This document shows positions 50,466 through 63,730 of a stretch of 64,000 nt of DNA, piece by piece (within the stretch, counting starts at the first letter, position 1; each line of letters starts with the position of its first letter). The stretch lies in assembly GCF_963506605.1 (NCBI RefSeq), contig NC_083283.1, forward strand, positions 22,940,001 to 23,004,000, given 5' to 3'. The notes beneath the pieces are model-generated. The model was given only the letters and a program-made list of their open reading frames with translations, was not told where the DNA came from and did not search any database. The DNA comes from Zootoca vivipara. Its lineage: Eukaryota. Made by a program: the position numbers and the translations under genes.

Positions 50466-50796
50466 GAAGGTTGTCGGTTTGAATCCGCATGGCGGGGTGA
50501 GCTCCCGTTGCTGTGTCCCAACTTCTGCCAACCTAGCAGTTTGAAAGCATACCAGTGCAAGTAGATAAATAGTTCTTGCTGCAAGGGGAAGGTAAACACT
50601 GTTTCTGTGCTCTCTGGCACTCATCATGGTCTTCCATGCACCAATAGCGGTTTAGTCATGTTGGCCACATGACCCGCAAAGCTGTCTGTGGACAAACACC
50701 AGCTCCCTTGGCCTGAAACGAGATGAGCGCCGCACCCCATAGTCCCCTTTGACTGGACTTAACAGTCCAGGGGTTCTTTACCTTTTACCTTTACCT
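50466..50796 (+). mobile_element. 5'-truncated Sauria SINE, different subfamily
   Basis: Body homologous to 3248-3598, ACCTTT tail, 13-bp TSD TATATGTGAAAGA at 50453-50465 and 50797-50809. Confidence 0.9.
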
Positions 50797-51814
50797 TATA
50801 TGTGAAAGATACGCTGTGCAACTCTTCTAAGAAAACATTTCTTTTAATTGCAGAATGAGACCCTCTTTTAATGTTAAGTTTCCCATATATACTCTCATTT
50901 TTTGGAAATACACAACTCCATGGGTTTGTGGTCCATCATAACCTTTTACAGACTTGTTCATGTGTTCAATGAACATATGTACGTGTGTGTGTATGGTATT
51001 GTGGTGGCAGGTTCTACCCCTGAACTTCTGCACATTCATGAGATTTCTGTAGAATGCTGCCATGCATGTAGCTGTACATCTTAGGAAGTCTTAGGGTTCT
51101 CTTTGGGCATAACTGAAAAGCAGTGTTCCTGATAGCATAGACCAGGGTTCAGCAGTCCTTTGGACCCATGTGTAGATATTGGATACTACAACCTATTTTA
51201 TTTGCTACAATAGAATGTTTATTTCATGCTGAATTTCATTGGGGGAGAGGATCCTGTGGGCGCCAGGAAAGGTCTCTATAGGTGTAGGTGCCCCTATGGG
51301 TACCATGCTAGTGACTTCTGCCCTAGATAGAAGACTCTGCACATATAACAGTGTAAGTGGATGCTTTCTGTAAATGTTTTAATGAAGTAAGGAACAGAGC
51401 CTGCCACTTGGATGCCTCAAACCTGCCCACACTTACATTTTGTTGAAACAGGCTTAAAAACAGTCCTCCTTTTGCACTGAGTGTCACTTACTAGTTATCC
51501 TATCACTGAACACCAAGCCCGTCTTTAATCTGTACTCTGTTTATATTATTTAGGCTGGAAAAGTTCCCTCCAAATAGCAGGGGTTGTATGTTGGATTACG
51601 CCTCAGGACAGGAATGAAGGTTTTGGAAGCAGACTGAGGCTCCTATGATGCTCTAGTTCATTTCCTGCCTTTGTTATGATGAATTCAGTTGTGATCGCTG
51701 TTGACACCTGTGTAATCTTCTCAGGCTAGTTGCTATTGATCTTTCTTCTGCCTTGTATTCAGACTTTCATCTTGAGTGTTTTTCCTCTCCTTCCTCATTA
51801 GATATTTAAGGATC

Positions 51815-52730
51815 TAATGGATTTAATGGATCATGGTACATCTCATGGATGTACGGAAAATGTACATAGCCAGAACCAAATTGTTCATACAAGCAGATTC
51901 TCTTTTTGTGTCTTTCCATCCAGCACCTCTGCGTAGAAAGGTTTGTGTGCCCACTTTGTCTAAATGGATGGCTTATGAGGTGTTAAAGATACTAGTGCCT
52001 TTGAGACTGACNNNNNNNNNNNNNNNNNNNNNNNNNNNNNNNNNNNNNNNNNNNNNNNNNNNNNNNNNNNNNNNNNNNNNNNNNNNNNNNNNNNNNNNNN
52101 NNNNNNNNNNNNNNNNNNNNNNNNNNNNNNNNNNNNNNNNNNNNNNNNNNNNNNNNNNNNNTGATGTTTGTGAAGTGGCTGCATGGGCTTCTCCAAATAA
52201 TTTCATATGCCATTACAAATTTAGGCTGCTTTTGAAAGGATGGTCCTTCAGCAGGTCCTTCCATAGAATATTGCACAGTTGGATGCAGGCCAGGGACCCG
52301 CCCTATTTTTCATGTAAGACAATTTTACTCGACTATGATTGATCGTCAAAGAAGATTAGCTTTGGTGTACCCCAACATACCATCCCTGATAGCTGAAGAT
52401 AAATAGCGTGATTGGTACCTACCTGAACAGTAGATTTCCTTCGCTTCAGCATGGATGGTATGGCTGCACCCTGTCATATTTGACTGCATGTATTTTTATA
52501 GGGACCATACAGTACATCCACTGATCTGTTAAGCTATTTTGCTGGAATCAGGCTTTCCACTACTGTTTATTTTCTGCTGCTTGCTTTTCTAAGTTTCTCT
52601 TTAAGTTCATGGGCTCATGATTCTTGTATCAAGTTTGGCGAGTCTGCAAACTAGAGCATCATGGGAGCATCCTCCTACTTCCTGCCATAACCCAACATAC
52701 CATCCCTGCCTAAGCCAAAGGTAGATAGGT
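51815..52730 (+). mobile_element. DIRS-like tyrosine-recombinase retrotransposon remnant spanning a gap
   Basis: HLMDVRK..YIARTK.....SLFVSF...TLSKW and DVCEVAAWASPNNFICHYK resemble DIRS1 YR; CCCAACATACCATCCCTG repeated at ~52370 and ~52691 with a near-complement GGATGGTATGG at ~52453. Confidence 0.65.
52012..52161. other. Assembly gap (150 N)
   Basis: Run of N. Confidence 1.
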
Positions 52731-54004
52731 ATGGTTGACACCTATTGCCTCAGTGAAGAGGTGACACCAGAGTCTGTTGAAAGTATAAAAAGTAGTGAAC
52801 TGGACTGATCATGCAGCTTTGTCATAAAATGCTTAATTTCACTATTATATAGTATAAGGAATTATTTAATTTTCCTACTATTTACATATGCATCTTTCAC
52901 TTCCTACACTGAACTTAAAGCTACTACATCTTGTTGCTAGACATTCTCCTAGTCAGGTATTGACCAGGCTCAAAACTGCTTAGCTTCAATAATGAAGCTT
53001 GGTGAGGTAGTTCTCCAGCTTTTGGAAATAAGATTTTGTTCTGCCTATTTGAATGAAGAGAGGACTCTGTTCTGTGTAGAAAAACTGGAATGAGTCATCG
53101 TTGTGATTTTGGTGTGTCCTCAGCTAGTGTTTCCCTTTTATCTCTTCCCAGTATGTGATAAATTTCTTCCACATAATGCAGTGTGGTCATATGTGAAATT
53201 CTTTAATAGCTTTGTGCTATTTCAGCACTATACTTGGTTTCTGTGTTAATCATTAAACTATGTCATTGCTCTGGGAAGAAATGATCTGCCCCTAATAACA
53301 AATTGTGTCCAAGGAATGTGGATATTACTTCAACTTCACAAATTATTGATGTGTCTTTTGACATTTGTTCTGTTTTGAAGCCCTATAGCCACCACATTTT
53401 AACTTGTGCTATATTGGAGCTTATTTATTTATTTATTTATTTAACATATTTATCAGTCAGTTTTTAAACGACTGTGAAATCACTTATTTTCAGATGGTTC
53501 TCTCAAATATGTTAAAAATTATACCAGCACATGTGGGCATTGCTTCCTGTATTAATGCAGTTTGGGTCTTGGTGGTAAGCATGGATCATGGGTTATGTGT
53601 GAATTGAGCTTGAGAGAAGAATTCGTACATTCTCTTAACATGTGATCTGTTTGGTCTTGTGCATGTTAGGAGGAAGGAACTTTCCTGTCTCTTCCCACAG
53701 TGTGTCTGCCCACCGTAAGCTGAAAGACTATTCACTTTCTGGAAATCGGAGCACGAGATGAGAACCCCAGGATGTTTTTAGATTATTTCATTGGCCTGTT
53801 TCATGCAACCTCTTCACTTCTCCCTCATAGTTTGCTTGGCTCACCATGTCCTCTGAACCGGGCTCATGGTTTAGCTCTCTCCAGACTAATCATGTTGTAA
53901 CCAAGGTTTGTTATTGGCTATGGCTCATAGTTAGTTTGGAGAGAACAAAGCCATGAGGTCTGGCTTGAGGTGAAAAATGACCGGGTAGGAGCAAAGTTGC
54001 TGTG

Positions 54005-54344
54005 GTCCCTCGGTCCAGTATACCTGAAGGAGCGTCTCCACCCCCATCATTCTGCCCGGACACTGAGGTCCAGTGCCAAGGGCCTTCTGGCGGTTCCCTC
54101 GCTGCAAGAAGCCAAGTTACAGGGAACGGAGAGGGCCTTCTCGGTAGTGGCACCTGCCCTGTGGAACACCCTCCCACCAGATGTCAAAGAGAAAAACAAC
54201 TACCAGACTTTTAGGAGACATCTGTTTAGGGAAGCTTTTAATGTTTAATAGATTATTGTATTTTAATGTTTTGTTGGAAGCTGCCCAGAGTGGCTGGGGA
54301 AACCCAGCCAGATGGGCGGGGTATAAATAATAAATTATTATATT
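54005..54344 (+). mobile_element. L2 LINE 3' end
   Basis: GPVYLKERL...RTLRSS..GLLAVP...RAFSVVAPALWNTLP; GGGCGGGGTATAAATAATAAA tail. Confidence 0.85.
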
Positions 54345-55318
54345 CAGGGTGGATTTGATTTAAATCAAACTGATTTAAATCACGATTTAAATCACGATTT
54401 AAATCACTAGTCAATAAGGCTTGATTTAAATAATAGTTTTCTACATAAAGACTAATTCTTGCTGGTATGACTTTAATATGCAAGTAGATGAAGATTTTTA
54501 GAATAACAACTTTTCATATTAGTTTTTTATCCCCAGTTTAATAGGTTAATCATTCATATTTGGACAACTTTACTGTTGTACTTAGGAAGGAGAAAAATAA
54601 TCATTACCTTAATAATAACGATTTAAACAGATTTATTCAACTGAAACAATAACATTACAGCATATGTTATTTGCTTAAACAAACATCCATGCTTGTTAAC
54701 TAATTTGGCTAAACAAAAACAAAATATATATATTTTAAGAAATTTAGACTGTCAGCCCATCTTACACATGAAAAACATAAATACTGTCCATTCCAAACAA
54801 TCAGAAAAATATTGTTTCTATTCTATTCACTGAACTTCTTGAAATTTAGCACTGAAGGGGTTGTTTCTGTATTCATAGGTTTGTTGAACAATAGGATTAA
54901 GGTCTTTTTCTCAACTCTGTTCATGTTATAACATTTTTGCTGTGAAGAAGAGGCATGTGATCTCTGTTGAGTCAAATTCAGTTTTGAGAACTGCAAAAGT
55001 AAACCAAGCATCTGTGATAATATCTTGTAGGCAGAGAAACTGCCCAATAATCTTAACAAAAACCTCTGGAAGAGCATGACATTGTGAATGGATTAATGGA
55101 ATTTATTTACCCCAAAAATTAAACATATACAACCTTATTCTACATAATTAAAAAACTAATCTTTATTTCATGAAGGAATAACCTTTGGATAGTAATATAT
55201 TTTCCTCAAAAAGCATTTTATTTAAAAAAATCTGATTTAAATCAAAAGAATTGATTTAAATAAAAAAAAATCTGATTTTTTTGATTTTTTTTTAAATCAT
55301 TGATTTTTATCCATCCTG
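54345..55318. mobile_element. 974-bp non-autonomous hAT-type transposon inserted in the L2 tail
   Basis: TIRs CAGGGTGGAT/ATCCATCCTG, GATTTAAATC subterminal repeats at both ends, 8-bp TSD ATTATATT at 54337-54344 and 55319-55326. Confidence 0.9.
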
Positions 55319-56994
55319 ATTATATTATTATTCACTGGCAGCCCTCTGTATCTGTTTGTTTTCTGTCTCTTAATGTAGCTCTTATAGGATGCAATGAAGA
55401 TGTGAAACGCTGTGACTGATAAATCTGCAGAGTTGCTAACCCTAAATATTCCTTAAAAACATTCATTCTACTCCACTAGTAATGCAGGATTGATTTTTCT
55501 CAGCCCAGTACTGTGGTGGTGTTGTTGTTGTTAAACCAATTATCCACCCTTCACCAGCAGGTCCCTGGGCATGTTGCAATAATAAAAAAATGCAACATTA
55601 AAAAGTTAAAACAAATCACAGTCACAGGAATAGGGTGGGTTCAGAAATGAGTGGGGGAAAGCATTTTTATTCCTCATGTTGGAATTAATTGTATTCTAGG
55701 AGAAGCAAAAGGCGACTTATAGATGATGCATTTGGAGGGACCTATGATCTGGTGGTCTTTGTATACTGCTCTATCATAAAAAAATCAGAGAGCTTTACAA
55801 CAATGGTTTCCAATGTTACTAAGGGAGGAGTAGCCCCATACATACTGGGATTTAGTTTGGGCCAGATCTCCCTTTGAGATTGCTTAAAATGTGTAGATTT
55901 TTGGGTGACACATTCTAAGATGGTTTTTTTTGCAGCAAGCCACACAACTGCAGAAATAAATGTGTTTAGACAGAGGGGGAATTTTCTTCTTCTCCTAGCA
56001 ATGCAAAACTACCCGACATCTTTTAAAACTTTGCTAACGTTAGATTTTGTATATATATTTCCCTCATCTTTCTATTTTCCTGCTCAAGGACAAAATAAGT
56101 AACAATAATAAGTTTTTTATTTATAGGCGCCCATGCTTGGAGGCCCCTGGGCGCTATGACAAAAAAATAAGTAAAAACATATTTCCCCCCAACAAATAGG
56201 GACTTGTGCCCAAATAAAGCTGAGATCTGGAACAAAACAAAGCTTGACATTCTAACCTAACATTTTAATACACAGCCTAGCAATAAATAGCATTGTGTTT
56301 TCTGGCCTTATATTTTTTCAGGAGTAGGGGCTTGTGTGGGTAAACACTAAAGCCAAGAAATCAGCTGTTGGTGAGAAAGGGATGCACTATATCAATACAC
56401 GAAAACAGAACCTGGAAGTCTGGAAAATCAAGTGGGCACAAGAGTCCTTCTATGGTGGTACAGTTTGACTGACCTGCCCTTGCTTTTCTACAGTTTCATC
56501 TGGCTTTAATTTGGAAAGCCCACATCCTTACTAAATATGCTTGCTAGTTCTCATACAATTTTCTGTTTTCATAAGGCATTTCTCCACAATGATTTTCATT
56601 CTCCCACCTTTTAGGGTTAGAGTCTTTTTGTGTTTCCCCCCAGCTCCCCCCAAAGTGGCTGCTTTTGTGTGCCAGAGAAAAATGTGAGGGGAAATCTCAC
56701 AACAGCACTAAAAGGCAAACCTTTATAAAATTAATATAATCTTGATAAAATATCCAATGTGTTTTCAGTTGATGATGGCCTTCTTCAAGGGCATAGGATT
56801 AAGATCATGTCAAGGTGACATCTCTGGCAACAAGAATTGTGTTATTTGATTTCACATTTTTTTATTTTGAGTCCATCCATTTGCCCATCTAGCACAGTAC
56901 AAACTATTCTGACCTTGAGTGGCTCTCTAAGGTCTCCAGTGGTGATCTTTCCCATCCCTGCAGTCTGCAGTCCTTTTAAATGGAAATGCTAGAG

Positions 56995-57179
56995 CAGGGG
57001 TAGTCAAGCTTTTTATACCTACCACCCACTAATGCATCTTTCTTGATGGTAAAACTTCCCTACCGCCCACCAGTGCTCGATAGAAGGAGGATTCAGCTTG
57101 TGCCGTAGAACCCCCCAACACTCACCTGGAATCCTAAAACGCCCACTAGTGGGTGGTAAGGACCAGGTTGACAACCCTG
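56995..57179. mobile_element. hAT MITE
   Basis: CAGGGGTAGTCAA/TTGACAACCCTG ends; 8-bp TSD TGCTAGAG at 56987-56994 and 57180-57187. Confidence 0.88.
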
Positions 57180-57311
57180 TGCTAGAGAGAGAGAACCTAA
57201 ACTATAACCCTTCTCCATTATATCTAGCAAAGTGTAGCAACATTTTAACACATTTTGGGGAAATTAGCAATACAGTTTCAAGGTGCAGGTAGGGACTCTA
57301 TAAATGTTGGT

Positions 57312-57351
57312 TTTCTTTCTTTTCTTTCTTTCTTTCTTTCTTTCTTTCTTT
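57312..57351. repeat. (TTTC)n microsatellite
   Basis: Direct inspection. Confidence 0.85.
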
Positions 57352-58364
57352 ACTTTGTATCTGGAAGCGTCTTTGGAGTTGAAAATGCTTAATCTTTCTC
57401 CCAAGCTATGCTTAAGATCGTAATCAGCCAATTCTGCAAATGATTGTGAAACTCTGCAAGTTAGAGATTATCCTTTAATGTGGAACTTCTGCATTTTCTG
57501 AGCATCTAATCAAGTGATGTCAGTGCAATTCTCTTGTGGATTATTGTAGTAATAGGAATGAATATCAAGAAGTTAGTGAGGCATGACTTTCCTTTCCTGC
57601 AGCAATGTTTAGCTGTTCCTACCAAAGCTGTATTCCAAACGATCACTTAAATAGTTTGTAAGATTACCTTATAACATGTGTCAGACCAATTTATTACAGT
57701 TTCCTCATGCGCCTAGGATTCCCTTTCCTTAAGAGATAATTGCCCTTACTCTATGGAAGGGTAGCCAGTGTAGTGCCCAACAGCTGTTGTGGGCTATCAA
57801 CTCCCATCAGGCTCTGGCAACACAGTCAAAGATCAGGAATTATGGAAGTTGTAGTTCACAACATATGGAGGATGCTGCTATTGGCTCCTGCTCTCTATGG
57901 TCCTCTTGACTTTGCTATACAGTTTGATACACAAATTTGATATTCTTAGTTGGTTCTTTTTCTTTAGGTAAAGTAGACATTTTTTTTTGTCCCGTGAATA
58001 TGGCTTGTAAAGCCATAAACTTAACTATAAGAAGCAAAAATCCTGGCAATGCAGTTATTTACAAAGACTGAATTGTAAATTTTTAGCATAGTTGTAATGT
58101 GATTGATCTGCATCTCTGCATTTTTTAGAATGTTCTCATTGAATTGTCCCACTTGTAAGAGGGGATATTGGGGTTGTATCCCATGTTGCAGCTCTGCTAA
58201 TGCAACATACTTCTGGAAAGGACGTGAAAGCCCTCTCCACTCTCCCTGCTCCGGGCATGCCCTCAAAATCTGCTCTGGGGGATTGGGAGCCCCTCTAGAG
58301 CAGATTTGGGGGGACATATGAAGCAGAGGAGAGGAATGGAACTTCCCCCACATGCTGTTGGATA

Positions 58365-58659
58365 CAACCTTAGTCTGGTGTTAATGGATACTTTTCAATT
58401 TGTACAACCTGAGGATGTGGACAGGAACCTTGGAAATGTGAGAGCTACCACATGTGTGCTTGATCCTTGCCCTTTCTGGCTCATCGAAAGAGTCAGCAGG
58501 GGACTGGCTGAGTGGGTGAAGGGAGAAGGTCAATGCCTCTCCTTACAACAAGGCAGGGTGCCAGCATGCCTAAAGCAGGCAGTTATAAGACCACCATGGA
58601 AAAATCCATCCCTGAATCCCACCGTATTGGATGATTATCAGCCAGTCTTCAATGTTTAA
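58365..58659 (+). pseudogene. L2 ORF2 fragment (pre-RT region)
   Basis: TTCVLDPCPFWLI...SLQQGRVPACLKQAVIRP...PSLNPTVLDDYQPV. Confidence 0.8.
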
Positions 58660-58951
58660 TTCTGTAGATGTATCCTGAGTTAACTGAGCCGTAAGCCACT
58701 TTTTTGCACTCATTTGCATCACAGTGGTATTTTATTAGGTTTCTGTCACTCTGAATACATACCTCTTTCTTGTTTGCCCTGTCACCCTATCAGTTATTTT
58801 AACCATCACCCTATCCTGTGATCGCTAGGAAACAAACATTAACCCTGCCTATTGGTATCTTTTGTGCAGCTCTGTTATAAACACAATTTACTTGGAACTT
58901 ACTGCTTTTCTCTTTTAAATTTTAACCACAGCCTTCTAATTTTCATACTAG

Positions 58952-59127
58952 GAAATGCAACATCACCACAGGCTCAGCGACCTTCTTTTATGGACTACTT
59001 TGATAAACAGGATTCCAAGAATAAAAGCCATGAAAACTGCAACCAGAATATGCATGAATCTTACCATATATCGAAGAATGTCTTTCCTGATAACTGGAAG
59101 GTTCCTCAAGATGGTGATTTTGATTTT
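58952..59127 (+). CDS. STK3: STK3 exon (exon 10 equivalent)
   Basis: actag|...|gtaag, 176 bp, phase compatible with the previous exon; (R)NATSPQAQRPSFMDYFDKQDSKNKSHENCNQNMHESYHISKNVFPDNWKVPQDGDFDF. Confidence 0.97.
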
Positions 59128-62100
59128 GTAAGTACCGCTGTACAGTTTGCTTTCCTGGTATCTTTGCATGGTGTAGTAATTCTAACTGTGGTCTGCAAAC
59201 ATGAACACTGTACAGAATTCTTAGCAGTGTAGCAATCTCTTAGGAATATGGCCACCTACATAGCACAAACCAGGACAGTGTTAGAGGGTCTCTTCTCCAG
59301 TCTTCAGAGAGTAGCTGGAAGTGGGGAGGCAGAAAAAAGTCCACCTTTCCTTCCACTCTGCTGTTTTAATCTGAAATCTTAGTTGCAGTACTATGCCCAG
59401 AGCTCAGAAACTGCTCGCCCTAATGAAATTCCCTGTTGCAAAATGTGCCTAGAACAATGGGAGTTTCAAACACTGATCCAGGATGCATTGTAGGGTTTTT
59501 CAGACTGTGAATTCCATGTTCTGCAGTTTAGTGGTCCTTCCCTTTATCATTTTCTGTACTATTAGAGACTTGTCTTGGCCACTGTGTGCATTCTCCCAAT
59601 GTGCATGCAAAATTACATATTGTAAAATGAACTTGAACCAGCAATGTAGAAGTCGCCTAGTTTATCTTTTTGGTTTCTTGTCTCTGACAGCACCTCCCAT
59701 CTTCTCTGAATAGCAAACTGCAGCTTTTTGATAAAATTCTTTATTTGGTATGTGAAACCTTTGTGATCCAGCAGTTTTTCTCTCTTTGTCACCACTGAAA
59801 TAACTAATGAATCTGACTCTTCATTCTCAGCCATTTAGGATGTTTGTGAACATCCTATGATTAGCTGCTTATTAGACCCTGTTTCAGTTTCACTTGCACT
59901 CAATCATAGGACTGTCTCTTCTATCCTGCTGAATGTTTTCTGTACACACTTTTTAGTGTAAAAACAAACACATACTTTTCAGTGTGTTAACCAGGCAAAT
60001 GTTTGTTGTATCTGCATCTTTAAGCTAACTTAATTGATCAATATTTTACTTGTATTGTCCACCTTAACTGTATGGGAGTATACATTAAGGCCACCCATTA
60101 GAAAATTGAGTTAAACCGGTGTAAGAAGTATTATCTATTTTTGTGTGATAGCAATAGTCATGCATGAAGTATATAGATTTTGTTATCAGTTATTTTAACC
60201 ATCACACTTTGTAGCTCTTTGTCTGATCCGACAGATTGTAATTATCGTTGTAGGTGTTCTGAGTAGTACACTATGTGGAAAATTCAATTATTCTCTCCAG
60301 TTGTTTGCTTTGGGAAATGTTATTCATATTATTGGCTATAGGTACTGACGCTTGTTAAAGGATAACTTATTGTGGAGCATGCATTTCATGCTTTTCTAAA
60401 ATTGACATCAATTTTTTAGATTGCTGACATACAGTCTTTAAGTAATTCATGAAAATTATAAATAATGGATAACTTTTAGTTCTAAGGAACTCTGTTCTAT
60501 CTCTGTTGGATTTTGCCTTAATGGGACCTAGTTAAGGATTTTATCAGTGAATGCAATCAGGAATGACTAATTTTGTGTGTTCTAAAAGAATAGGGTAGCA
60601 GTTTAAATTCCAAAATGTAAAAAATGAATCAGCATCCAGTGTTATTTTAGGACAACGTAGCTGCTCTTAGCAAGATACAAGTTTAATTCTTGTCGGACCA
60701 TTACAGGGGTCAATATCCTCATTCTTTCTAAAAATGAAGGATTGAGTTTAACCCGGGATCACCTAAGTGAAAGAATAGGCACCAGCTCCTGACGGTTGAG
60801 ACACTTGGGGACATCATTATTATTATTTCTTTAGGGTGCTGGGCCCCTTCAGTGTTCAGAGGGTGTTGGGCTCTCCCCCCTGGGTCCTTGCAATGTCACA
60901 TGATGTCGTGCATGTGACGTCAGGACATTGCATTGGGCCCCCTCAATCATCCAGAGAAGCTGGCACCTCTGAGTGCAAGCATAGGAGTCAGTTCAGAGGA
61001 TTGGACATCGGTGATAGCAGTATGGGGGTTGAAAGAAAACTTAATTGCAAGTATCTTGATGTTCTTTTGCCTGCCTTTTAGGATTGTATTTGTCGAGCAG
61101 AGATTGTCTCCCCATCTGCTTACTGCTTTAAAATGATAAAGGAATACCACCTAATCTATACTCTAAAAGCTGCTGAAAAATAAAACAGTCATCGTGCTAG
61201 CTAGATCATAAATTAGTATGGTATTATTTAAAAAGCACAATCTTTAATTAAAGTTACTAAATTTTGCATTATTTTTCTAACAGATGAATGAGAGTCTACA
61301 TTCCCCAAAAGAGATAAGTTTTTGTAATGGCTCAAAACGCAGGCATTAGTATTAGGAATTGATTTAATTTAGAAAGATAACTGTTAAAAGCCTCATCAGT
61401 GATGATTGAATCAATTATCTTAACTGCATCTGCATGTTAAGTGAAGTGCCTGTTTTTCTCTCTGCGTAGAATAATTCAAATAGAGAAGGCAAATGCATTT
61501 TATATCAGTGCCAAAGGAAAGATTCCTGCCTTTGCTAAACTTACTACCAAACAGGTCTGGTATCCAGATTGTTTAACATTAAACACAGAACGTGCATATC
61601 ATGTGTCGGCATTACACTGTTGTTTAAGTACACTTTTGATGCCTTGAGCATTTTTTTTTATAAAAAAGCCATCTGTTACTAAAAGGCATGATTCTTTAAT
61701 GTATTCTTAGAACAACAAATACATTAAAACATAACAATCACTGCAAAACGATGACATTGCAAATAGCAAGTATTTAATTAGCACTACAAACGTTAAATGT
61801 GACAGCTGATTAGGTAATAGAATAACATGATTTAATCATTAAAATGATTAAGGATAATATACAGCATTTAGATAGAAATCTCAGAAACAATGTAAATTGG
61901 TATTTTATTAGAGTCTTACTGTATTAATCTTAGCTTCCATTACCCTAATGAATTTAAAAATGCAATGATTTCTGTAAACACGTTTCTGCACAACTTTTAA
62001 AAAAACCTGTGGTAGATAAATTTAGTTTAAAAGCAGAAGCAAAAGCTTCTGATCTTATAGCCATGTTGCACTGTGTGTGTGTGTGTGCGCGCGCAGATCC

Positions 62101-62303
62101 AGGGCATATATAGGCTTACACACATAACACTATACAAGAGGTGGGCAACTGTTTCTGTTGATAGTTGCCTTCCTTTGTGGGGCCATATTCCCAGTCCTAG
62201 GCAGATATATTCAGAAGTAAGCTGTACAGGGTTTGATGGCTGTTTAGCAACACACATTTCTGAAGTTACCTGCTATGTGTTTAATCCTTAATCCTTCTTA
62301 CAG

Positions 62304-63730
62304 CCTACAGCCCCTGCTATCCTAGCTGACCCTGACCAGGAACATTGGGAGCAACTCCCTCCCTATGCCCCCATTTATCCAAAACTACTTAAAGGAAAGG
62401 AAGGATCGGGTGATAACGAACAAAAAGAGGCTGGGACTACAGGGGCGGCAGAGCAAACTGAAAAGGAAGGGCGACGAGAAAATTCAGAATATGGTCTCCG
62501 CTTGGATCCCAAACCGAGTGCGGCGGCACTGGAACCCTTGGGCAGTCCATGCAACAAGATCCCAGGGGCAAGAATCTTCCTCTTAAAGGAAGTGCCTAAT
62601 CCAACAACCCCATTCTCATACATGGATCTATTGAACTGGAAAACACATATCCCACCCTATTCTGAAAAGCCACAACGGATTTGATTAGTTCAATTATGGA
62701 AATATATTATCCCACTTGGGCGGTCTGCAGGCAATTACTGATGACCTTTCTTAGTACTGAGGAAACGCAAAGAGTCGATCAACAAGCACAGGAATGGCTC
62801 AAGCGAGAAGCAGAGAGGCATGGGGTGGCCAACACACAGGCCTGGGTGGCGGAGAATTATCCAAATCAAGACCCCCATTGGGATCCCAATGAAGGGGGGG
62901 AAAGAAGGAGGCTTGATCGACACCGCCAGGCCATAATAGAAGTCTTGAAAGCTGGAGCACAGAATATTAACAAGGTGGGGGAAATCATACAGAGAACAGA
63001 TGAGTCTCCGGGCACCTTCCTGGAGAGACTTTATGAAGCCTATAGGACCTATACACCATTAGACCCAGAGGCTCCTGAAAACCGCATAATGGTGAATATG
63101 AGTTTTGTGAAGCAAAGTGCACCAGACATTAGAAGGAAGCTTCAGAAGCTAGAAGGATTCGCTGGAATGAATACAGAACAGTTGGTGGCAGTAGCTTGGA
63201 AAGTATATATGAACAGAGATTTGGAAGAGAAAAGGGAAGCAGCAAGAAAGATGAAAAGGGAAATGGATTTATTGGCAACGGCCATAATAGCCAGACTTCC
63301 CACATACCAAGGAGGCTGGGGAGCAAAAGGAGGTTGGCAAAGGGGGGGCTTAGGCCCGAACCAATGCGCTATATGCTGAGAAGAAGGACACTGGAAGAAT
63401 GAATGCCCGAGAGGGGAACGCGGAGGAAGAGGAGGACGTGGCTCAGTGAGAGATAGAAGAATTATAGTGAGAGGAAGAGGACGAGGCCAGTGGCGTGGAG
63501 GTTGGACACCAAGCAACTAGAGAGAAGGTGGATGGGACCCCACTGGGAGATGTGATTGACCTGGAGGTCCCAGAGTTCGAGAAAAAGCGAACGCATGAAT
63601 CAGACTATAAAGACTCAACTAGCCTAACTGTGCGATGAAACTCATTTAAAGTGTTGCCCTTTGCCCTATTCCGCATTAGGTGTGCCCCTAAGGGAAAATT
63701 AAAGGTCTCGCCTTTTGAATTGATGTATGC
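62304..63730 (+). pseudogene. gag: Gammaretrovirus-like (ERV1) remnant: gag late-domain region, p30 capsid, NC, then an integrase core piece
   Basis: PFSYMDLLNWK..PPYSEKP; PTWAVCRQLL; DESPGTFLERLYEAYRTYTPLDP; FVKQSAPDIRRKL; knuckle CAIC*EEGHWKNEC; then ERMNQTIK...LPFALFRIR...SPFELMY; frameshift at ~62681 and a TGA in the knuckle. Confidence 0.92.

Noticed and set aside
54356-54432. Regularly spaced GATTTAAATC repeats suggestive of an array
   Set aside because: Subterminal repeats of a hAT element in eukaryotic DNA; no unique spacers, not CRISPR.
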